DNA of 63,942 bases, filler included, from a bacterium (GTDB taxonomy: Bacteria; JBBIVP01): the NCBI GenBank assembly GCA_037439705.1. It is 3 parts of 3 records of this genome, joined end to end, with 100 filler letters (N's around TTAATTAATTAA, not from the genome) between each part and the next. Parts side by side here need not be neighbours in the genome. Positions count along the whole stretch, not along the records: positions 57,407 to 63,942 come from JBBIVP010000122.1; 2 more parts are not named here. One strand, 5' to 3'. The notes beneath the pieces are model-generated. The model saw only the letters and a list, made by a program, of their open reading frames with translations. It ran no database searches and was not told where the DNA came from. Each line of letters starts with the position of its first letter. Positions within the stretch are counted from its first letter, which is position 1. The position numbers and the translations under genes are program-made. Of the stretch, positions 57,307 through 63,942 are shown piece by piece.

Positions 57307-57406
57307 NNNNNNNNNNNNNNNNNNNNNNNNNNNNNNNNNNNNNNNNNNNNTTAATTAATTAANNNNNNNNNNNNNNNNNNNNNNNNNNNNNNNNNNNNNN
57401 NNNNNN
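57307..57406. other. Artificial contig spacer
   Basis: N44-TTAATTAATTAA-N44. Confidence 0.98.
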
Positions 57407-57612
57407 AATTATTTTGAGGAAACAAACCCTTTTCATAGAGATTATTTTTGAGGAACGCCGATTTCTTTATAAATATCTCCGTGTATGATAATATGTTTCA
57501 TCCGCACAGAAAGATGTATAAAAGTCTGACCGATTTGATTTACAAATTATACCGGCCTGACAGATGAAGAAGGTGAAAATTCGTTTAATCCCTTCCTATT
57601 ATCCTTATTAAC

Positions 57613-57658
57613 TTGAATTTCCGTTCATTTGTGTTAAATTTTCAAAAAATTAAGGAGG
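57613..57658 (+). promoter_or_regulatory. Promoter and SD for the thiolase operon
   Basis: TTGAAT-N16-TAAATT with extended TGn; AAGGAGG before ATG 57665. Confidence 0.55.
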
Positions 57659-57664
57659 TATAGG

Positions 57665-58846
57665 ATGAAGAGGAATGTGTATGTGGTGGGAGGAGTGAGA
57701 ACTCCAATAGGTTCGTTTCTTGGTTTCCTGAAGGATGTTTCTGCATGGAAACTTGGCGGAATAGCAATTTCAGGCGCTTTGAAGAAATCAGGTATAGAAC
57801 CATCCGATGTTGGAAGCGTTTATATGGGGAATGTCCTTCAGGCGGGTGTGGGGCAGGCGCCCGCAAGACAGGCAAGCAAATTCGCCGGAATTCCTGACAG
57901 CGTTCCCTGTGTTACGGTGAACAAAGTTTGTGGTTCCGGAATGTGGACGGTTATAATGGGAGCACAGGCTATTTTGAACGGAGACCTGGATGTTGTAGTT
58001 GCAGGTGGTATGGAGAGCATGAGTAGAGCACCTTATATAATTCCTTCCCTTAGAGAGGGTGGAAGGATGGGGAACCTTCAGGCAATAGATTCTATGATTT
58101 ATGATGGTCTGTGGGATCCATACGGTGATATGCATATGGGTATGTGTGCTGAGATATGCGCTGAGAAATTCAAAATCTCAAGGGAGGAGCAGGATGAGTT
58201 CGCTGTTCAGAGCTACAAAATGGCACTTTCAGCAATGGAAAATGGGATTTTCGCTGATGAGATTTGTGAGGTAGAAGTTGTGGACAGTAAAGGAAATAAA
58301 ACCCTTGTTTCAAAGGATGAAGAACCCCTTCGTGTAAAGTTTGATAAAATTCCAACGCTCAAACCAGCATTTAAGAAGGATGGAACAGTTACAGCGGCAA
58401 ATGCATCTTCCATAAACGACGGTGCTGCAGCACTGGTTCTTGCTTCTGAGGAGTATGTGAACAAAAAGAATTTAAAACCCATTGCCCGCTTGGTTTCTTA
58501 TTCATGGCACGCTCAGGAGCCCCAGTGGTTCACCACAGCGCCTATATTTGCCATAAGGAAAATCCTTGATAAAACAGGGAAAAAAGTAGAGGATGTAGAC
58601 CTGTTTGAGGTGAATGAGGCATTTGCAGTGGTTGCCATTGTAACCCATAAGGAAGTGGGAATACCATACGAAAAAATGAACATATTTGGAGGAGCAGTTG
58701 CTCTCGGGCATCCGATAGGATGTAGTGGAACAAGAATCATAGTAACCCTTCTCAATGCAATGAGAAGAAAGAATGCGAAAATCGGGGTTTCTGCGATATG
58801 CATTGGTGGTGGGGAGGCACTCGCTACAATGTGGGAAAAAATATAA
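57665..58846 (+). CDS. Acetyl-CoA C-acetyltransferase (thiolase)
   Basis: NKVCGSG, GGMESMS, NEAF, GHPIG, CIGGG. Confidence 0.96.
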   Translation: MKRNVYVVGGVRTPIGSFLGFLKDVSAWKLGGIAISGALKKSGIEPSDVGSVYMGNVLQAGVGQAPARQASKFAGIPDSVPCVTVNKVCGSGMWTVIMGAQAILNGDLDVVVAGGMESMSRAPYIIPSLREGGRMGNLQAIDSMIYDGLWDPYGDMHMGMCAEICAEKFKISREEQDEFAVQSYKMALSAMENGIFADEICEVEVVDSKGNKTLVSKDEEPLRVKFDKIPTLKPAFKKDGTVTAANASSINDGAAALVLASEEYVNKKNLKPIARLVSYSWHAQEPQWFTTAPIFAIRKILDKTGKKVEDVDLFEVNEAFAVVAIVTHKEVGIPYEKMNIFGGAVALGHPIGCSGTRIIVTLLNAMRRKNAKIGVSAICIGGGEALATMWEKI

Positions 58847-58856
58847 GGAGGAAGAG

Positions 58857-59705
58857 ATGTTTAAAAAGGTTGGAGTAATTGGAGCAGGGCAGATGGGTTC
58901 GGGTATAGCTCAGGTGTGTATTGCAAGCGGATTTGAGGTTCTCCTCTGTGATGTGGAGGAGAAAATTATTAAATCCGCTGTTGAGAAGATAGAGAAGGGC
59001 GTGAACAAGATGGCGGAGAAAAAGCTGATAGAAGAAAGTCATTCTGATGTTATGAAAAGGCTTAAAACGGCCACCTCACTTTCAGACTATAAGGATGCTG
59101 AGTTTATAATTGAGGCGGTTGTTGAGAATTACGAAGTTAAAGCAGAGATTTTTAAAAAACTTGATTCAATCGTTCCAAAGGAAGTAATTCTTGCAACAAA
59201 TACATCATCCATTTCAATTTCAAAACTTGCTTCAAATACCGGTCGCCCGGAAAAGGTTCTTGGAGTGCATTTTATGAATCCTGTTCCCCTGATGAAACTC
59301 GTGGAGATAGTTAAGGGGATTAAGACATCAGAAGAAACCTTAAAAACCTCCCTTGAATTTGTTCATAAACTGGGAAAGGAGCCCATAATTTCTAAGGATT
59401 CACCGGGTTTTGTGGTAAACAGGGTTCTGTTTGGAATGCTTTCAGAGGCTGTAAAACTTCTTGAAGAAGGAGTTGCGAGCATTGAGGATATTGATAAGGG
59501 AATGAAGTTAGGAACAAATCATCCGATGGGTCCATTTGAACTCATGGATTTGATTGGTCTTGATACATGTCTTTTCATTCTGAATGTTTTATATGATGAA
59601 TTCGGAGACCCGAAGTATAAGGCTCCTGTACTTCTAAAAAGGATGGTTGAGGCAGGATATCTCGGCAGGAAGTCTGGAAGAGGATTTTATAAATATGGAG
59701 GTTGA
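58857..59705 (+). CDS. hbd: 3-hydroxybutyryl-CoA dehydrogenase
   Basis: GAGQMGSGIA, TNTSS, HFMNPVP, PGFVVNR, HPMGP, GRKSGRGFY. SD GGAGG before ATG 58857. Confidence 0.93.
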   Translation: MFKKVGVIGAGQMGSGIAQVCIASGFEVLLCDVEEKIIKSAVEKIEKGVNKMAEKKLIEESHSDVMKRLKTATSLSDYKDAEFIIEAVVENYEVKAEIFKKLDSIVPKEVILATNTSSISISKLASNTGRPEKVLGVHFMNPVPLMKLVEIVKGIKTSEETLKTSLEFVHKLGKEPIISKDSPGFVVNRVLFGMLSEAVKLLEEGVASIEDIDKGMKLGTNHPMGPFELMDLIGLDTCLFILNVLYDEFGDPKYKAPVLLKRMVEAGYLGRKSGRGFYKYGG

Positions 59706-59706
59706 G

Positions 59707-60489
59707 ATGGAATACAGGTTCTTGAAGGTTGAGAAGAGAAACAGTATAGGAATTGCGAAAATATCCCGCCCCCAGGTTCTGAACGCATTGAATACAGAGG
59801 TTCTCAAGGAACTTGACAGGTTTATTGATGAAATTGAAAAAGATGGTTCAATAAGAGTTCTCATATTTAGTGGTGAGGGTGAGAAGGCATTTGTGGCAGG
59901 TGCTGATATTTCAGAGATGAAAAATTTTTCACCAAAAGATGGAGAGGGGTTTTCAGAACTTGGGCAGAGGGTTTTCAACAGGATTGAAAGGATGAACAAG
60001 ATTACAATTGCTGCTGTGAACGGATATGCGTTTGGAGGTGGAATGGAGTTTATGATGGCATGCGATTTTGCCCTTATTGATGAGGGTGCCCAGCTCGGAC
60101 AACTGGAGATAAATCTTGGACTAATTCCCGGTTTTGGTGGTTCACAGAGACTTGCAAGGATAGTGGGAGAGAAGAGGGCACTTGAAATAATACTCACCGG
60201 GAGAAGGATAACCGCTGATGAGGCGGTTTCCCTGGGACTCGCTTTGAGAAAAACTGAAAAAGGAAAGGTTCTTGAAGAAGCAATAAGGTTTGCAGAAGAA
60301 ATTGCGAAAAAGCCGTTTGTTGCTGTTCTTAAGGCTAAAAGGGCAATTAAAGATGGGCTTGAGTGTGACCTGATGAGAGGGCTTGAAATTGAAAAAGGGG
60401 AGTTTTCTCTCCTTTTTGATACTGAAGACGCAAAGGAAGGACTTTCTGCTTTTCTTGAAAAGCGTCAGCCGAATTTCAAGGGAAGATGA
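59707..60489 (+). CDS. crt: Enoyl-CoA hydratase (crotonase)
   Basis: AFVAGADI, GGGMEF, LEINLGLIPGFGGSQRL. SD GGAGG before ATG 59707. Confidence 0.92.
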   Translation: MEYRFLKVEKRNSIGIAKISRPQVLNALNTEVLKELDRFIDEIEKDGSIRVLIFSGEGEKAFVAGADISEMKNFSPKDGEGFSELGQRVFNRIERMNKITIAAVNGYAFGGGMEFMMACDFALIDEGAQLGQLEINLGLIPGFGGSQRLARIVGEKRALEIILTGRRITADEAVSLGLALRKTEKGKVLEEAIRFAEEIAKKPFVAVLKAKRAIKDGLECDLMRGLEIEKGEFSLLFDTEDAKEGLSAFLEKRQPNFKGR

Positions 60490-60528
60490 GCGGTGCCAAG
60501 TGTTCGTTGAAGGGTGATTTTATTTTTT

Positions 60529-61617
60529 CTACTTTGAAAAGAGGTCTTTTATTTTTTCCATAAATTTTTTCCTTTTTTCAGGTGGTTTCCCTTTCATGAT
60601 TTCATAGAGTTCCTCAATAAGTTTTCTTTCTTCCTTGCTTACAGATTTTGGAACATCTACAAAAAATCTAACATATAAATTTCCTCTCTTTCTTCCGTTC
60701 ATCTCAGGAAGTCCTTTATTTTTAAATGTGAAAATTTCTCCGTTCTGGGTCCCGGGAGAGAGTTTTATCTTTTCAATTCCTTCAAGGGTGGGAATTTCTA
60801 TTTCCCCTCCGAGAACCGCTTCCGGAAATGTTATCGGAAAATCGCAGTAGAGGTCAATTCCATCTCTCTTAAAAACAGGATGTTCTTCAACCCTTATTTC
60901 AACATACAGATCCCCGGGTATTCCTCTTGCTACAGGTTCTCCTTTACCTTTGATTCTCAATCTCATCCCATCTTCAACACCCGGAGGGATATCCACTTTT
61001 ATCTTTTTCTTTCTCTTTTTCATTCCTGAACCATGACATGACCTGCAGGGGTGCGGATTTACTTTTCCAGTCCCTCCGCAGGTAGAACAGGTCGTCCAGA
61101 TTGTCAGAAATCCGCGAACGGTTGAGATTTTTCCCCTTCCTCTACAATCAGAGCATTTTTCAAGAGAATATCCTTTTTCAATTCCAGTTCCTGAACAATC
61201 AGGACATATATCCGGAGCGTCAAATTCAATTTCTATATCTTTTCCCTTAAGCACATCTTCAAGTTCAATTTCAAGCACATATTTGAGGTCTGCTCCTTTT
61301 CTTTTTCTTTCCCTTCTTTGGGTTCCGAAGAAATCCGAAAAAACCTCTTCAAAAAAAGAACCAAAACTTGATTCAAAGAATTCATCAAGTAATCCTCCCC
61401 CTTCTCGTATCCTGTCGTATCTCATTCTCTTTTCCGGGTCGCTTAAGACTTCATAAGCCTCTGCAATTTCTTTGAATTTTTCTTCCGCTTCAGGATTTCC
61501 AGGATTTCTATCCGGATGGTATTGAAAGGCAAGTTTTCTGTAAGCCTGTTTTATTTCTTCTTCTGTTGCATCAGGGCTTACACCGAGAATTTCATAATAG
61601 TCCTTATCCCCGTGCAT
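60529..61617 (-). CDS. dnaJ: Chaperone DnaJ
   Basis: J-domain with HPD, four CxxCxGxG repeats, C-terminal domain. Confidence 0.96.
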   Translation of the reverse strand: MHGDKDYYEILGVSPDATEEEIKQAYRKLAFQYHPDRNPGNPEAEEKFKEIAEAYEVLSDPEKRMRYDRIREGGGLLDEFFESSFGSFFEEVFSDFFGTQRRERKRKGADLKYVLEIELEDVLKGKDIEIEFDAPDICPDCSGTGIEKGYSLEKCSDCRGRGKISTVRGFLTIWTTCSTCGGTGKVNPHPCRSCHGSGMKKRKKKIKVDIPPGVEDGMRLRIKGKGEPVARGIPGDLYVEIRVEEHPVFKRDGIDLYCDFPITFPEAVLGGEIEIPTLEGIEKIKLSPGTQNGEIFTFKNKGLPEMNGRKRGNLYVRFFVDVPKSVSKEERKLIEELYEIMKGKPPEKRKKFMEKIKDLFSK

Positions 61618-61623
61618 CCTTTC

Positions 61624-63441
61624 TCATTCAATTCCTTTCACGCCCTTATATATCTTTTGTGAAATGGCATGAGCCTCACTTTCAATGTTTTTGAAATTCG
61701 TTTTTAAAAATTCGTAGTCTTTTGATTCAACTGCCTTCTCAAGGCTTTCTGTGAGCGAATTGATGGATTTTTTTGTTTCCTCATCAAGAGAATCTCCAAA
61801 TTCCTCTTCCGCTCTTTTGAGGGAGAAGAGCAGTCCCTTCGCCCTGTTTCTCAATTCAATAAATTCCTTTCTCTTTCTGTCCTCCTCTTCCCACTTTTCT
61901 GCTTCTTCTATCATCCTTTCAATCTCTTCCTTTGTAAGGCCGCTGGAAGGTTCAATCACCATCTGCTGCTCCTTTCCTGTTCCAAGGTCTCGTGCGGTTA
62001 CATGGAGTATGGAATTGGCATCAAGATAAAAGGTTACTTCTATCTGAGGAATGCCACGAGGTGCTGGTGGAATTCCAACTAATTGAAATTTTCCGAGTGA
62101 GCGATTTTCAGAAGCAATTTCCCTTTCTCCCTGAAGAACATGGATGGTTACAAAATCCTGATTGTCTTCAACAGTTGAAAATGTCCTCGTCCTTTTGCAC
62201 GGAATTGTTGTATTCTTTTCAATTATTTTTGTAAAAAGTCCTCCCTCTGTTTCAACTCCGAGGGATAGTGGAGCTACATCAAGAAGGAGGACGCTTTTCA
62301 TTTCTCCACCCATTATGGCACCCTGAATTGCTGCTCCCATTGCGACAACCTCATCGGGATTTACCTCTTTTGAAGGAGGTTTTCCAAATATCTCCTCAAC
62401 CTTTTTCTGAACTGCTGGAACCCTCGTCATTCCTCCTACGAGAATTACTTTGTCAATTTCTTCCTTTTTTATCCCTGCCTCCTCAAGGGCAAGAATTGCA
62501 GGTTCCTCAAGTGCGTCTATAAGGTGTTTTGTGAGCGCTTCAAATTCTACCCTTGTTATGCTCATTTGCAGATGTTTTGGCCCCTTTTCATCGGCATATA
62601 TAAATGGAAGACTTATTTCCGTTTCCTTCATGGTGGAAAGTTCCATCTTTGCCCTTTCTGATGCTTCCCTTATCCTCTGAAGAGCCATCTTGTCCTCTGA
62701 AAGGTCTATTCCAGTTTGCTTTTTGAATTCATTTATTATGTGTTCCATAAGAACCCTGTCAAAATCATCTCCGCCGAGAAATGTATTTCCGTGTGTGGAG
62801 AGGACATGGAAAACCCCTTCTTTCAATTCAAGAACAGTGACATCAAGGGTTCCACCTCCGAGGTCAAACACAACAATTTTTCCTTCCTGCGATTTGTGAA
62901 ATCCGTATGCGAGTGATGCTGCGGTTGGTTCATTTATTATTCTGAACACATTTAAACCGGCTATTCTTCCAGCATCCTTTGTTGCCTGCCTCTGGTAGTC
63001 ATCAAAGTAGGCAGGAACTGTTATTATTGCATCTCTCACTTCTTCACCCAGAAATTCACTGGCGTATTTTTTGAGTTCCATAAGAATCATTGCTGATATT
63101 TGAGGGGGACTGAATTGTTCACCATCAATTTCAATCCAGGCATCCCCGTTTTTTGCAGGAAGTATTTTGTAGGGATAAAATTCAATACAATTTTTAATCT
63201 CCGGAGAATCATATTTTCTTCCCATAAGCCTCTTTACTGCAAACACAGTTCTTTTTGGATTCATTACCGCCTGTCTTTTGGCGAGATTTCCAACGAGCCT
63301 TTCTCCTTCTTCAGTGAAAGCCACAACTGAAGGAGTTATTCTTCCTCCATCAGCATTCGGAATTATTATTGGTTCTCCCTTTTCAACCACTGCAACGCAG
63401 GAATTCGTTGTTCCGAGGTCAATCCCTATTATCTTGCTCAT
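61624..63441 (-). CDS. dnaK: Chaperone DnaK (Hsp70)
   Basis: GIDLGTTNS, TVPAYF, INEPTAA, DLGGGT, PPAPRGIPQIEV. Confidence 0.96.
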   Translation of the reverse strand: MSKIIGIDLGTTNSCVAVVEKGEPIIIPNADGGRITPSVVAFTEEGERLVGNLAKRQAVMNPKRTVFAVKRLMGRKYDSPEIKNCIEFYPYKILPAKNGDAWIEIDGEQFSPPQISAMILMELKKYASEFLGEEVRDAIITVPAYFDDYQRQATKDAGRIAGLNVFRIINEPTAASLAYGFHKSQEGKIVVFDLGGGTLDVTVLELKEGVFHVLSTHGNTFLGGDDFDRVLMEHIINEFKKQTGIDLSEDKMALQRIREASERAKMELSTMKETEISLPFIYADEKGPKHLQMSITRVEFEALTKHLIDALEEPAILALEEAGIKKEEIDKVILVGGMTRVPAVQKKVEEIFGKPPSKEVNPDEVVAMGAAIQGAIMGGEMKSVLLLDVAPLSLGVETEGGLFTKIIEKNTTIPCKRTRTFSTVEDNQDFVTIHVLQGEREIASENRSLGKFQLVGIPPAPRGIPQIEVTFYLDANSILHVTARDLGTGKEQQMVIEPSSGLTKEEIERMIEEAEKWEEEDRKRKEFIELRNRAKGLLFSLKRAEEEFGDSLDEETKKSINSLTESLEKAVESKDYEFLKTNFKNIESEAHAISQKIYKGVKGIE

Positions 63442-63940
63442 CTTTCTTTTCTACCTTTTTAGAAACAACTACAAGAGATGGTCTCAGAACCCTTGTTTTA
63501 TACATATAACCTTTCTGATATTCCTGAATTACAATTCCCTCTTCTCCATCAGTTATTCTTTCTTCAACAACTTCATGATAATACGGGTCAAATTTTTTGC
63601 CAAGAGCTTCTATTGGTTTCACTCCATATTTATCAAGGAGGCTCAAAATTTGTTTATAAATTAGTTCTACGCCATCAATTATTGATGAAATGTTTTGGTT
63701 TTCTTTCATAAAGTTTAATGCCCTTTCAAAGTTGTCAACAATTGGAAGGATATCTTTAAGTATGGCTTCATTTCCATATTCTATAAATTCCTCCTTTTCC
63801 CTTTGAACCCTTTTCTTATAGTTCTCAAAATCCGCAGTCGTTCTTACCCAGTTGTCATAGTATTCCTCACATTTCTTTTTTAATTCCTCAATTTCAATCG
63901 TTAAGTTTTTAATCTCTTCTTCGGGCAGAGTTTTAGCCTC
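63419..63940 (-). CDS. grpE: Nucleotide exchange factor GrpE (5' truncated at window edge)
   Basis: Frame is open to the window end: ADFENYKKR, ILPIVDNFERAL, FDPYYHE, QKGY...VLRPSLVVV. Confidence 0.95.
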   Translation of the reverse strand, partial: EAKTLPEEEIKNLTIEIEELKKKCEEYYDNWVRTTADFENYKKRVQREKEEFIEYGNEAILKDILPIVDNFERALNFMKENQNISSIIDGVELIYKQILSLLDKYGVKPIEALGKKFDPYYHEVVEERITDGEEGIVIQEYQKGYMYKTRVLRPSLVVVSKKVEKKDEQDNRD

Positions 63941-63942
63941 TT

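Noticed and set aside
57407-57612. Possible minus-strand gene start (ATG near 57436) and a short duplicated ttcctcaaaa(a)taat motif at the contig edge
   Set aside because: Only about 10 codons are visible before the gap; too little to call, and no evidence that it joins the Tes-like fragment.
57665-60489. thl-hbd-crt as proof of butyrate fermentation
   Set aside because: No bcd/etfAB or terminal CoA-transferase/kinase nearby; equally consistent with beta-oxidation.

Overview
Draft bacterial genomic sequence made of three contigs (1-29117, 29218-57306, 57407-63942) joined by artificial 100-nt N/TTAATTAATTAA spacers, so gene order across the spacers is not evidence of linkage. The DNA is AT-rich and gene-dense, with frequent AGA/AGG and ATA codons. 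TtuA, a T2SS, a diderm-type DnaK and amidase-glnD linkage suggest a thermophilic diderm with deltaproteobacterial-like gene content (inference). Contig 1: three B12-binding radical SAM enzymes, GT-C/YfhO-like membrane proteins, two DUF1640-like coiled-coil proteins (one with a 33-bp repeat array), gspCDEF followed by an FHA-adenylate cyclase, lipid genes (acyl-CoA dehydrogenase, SCP2, PAP2/IPC-synthase-like) and glycosyltransferases. Contig 2: hpf-ptsN followed by an alkyl-DHAP-synthase-like/Fe-S/lipid-kinase block; a 10-gene PadR-headed operon (flavoprotein, two DUF2148 Fe-S proteins, SCP2, two VAO-type flavoproteins, aryl-CoA ligase, DUF35/thiolase); housekeeping genes (RluA family, ttuA, divergent ftsY, yjbQ, prs, yitJ-like, amidase, glnD); and the 3' part of a Tes/GDGT-MAS-like radical SAM gene. 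Contig 3: thiolase-hbd-crt and grpE-dnaK-dnaJ. Best leads: the PadR/DUF2148 operon, the bacterial tetraether-synthase homolog together with ether-lipid-type genes, and a recurring leaderless promoter layout at first genes of transcription units. I found no rRNA, tRNA, CRISPR array or transposase. All family calls come from motif recognition, not database searches.
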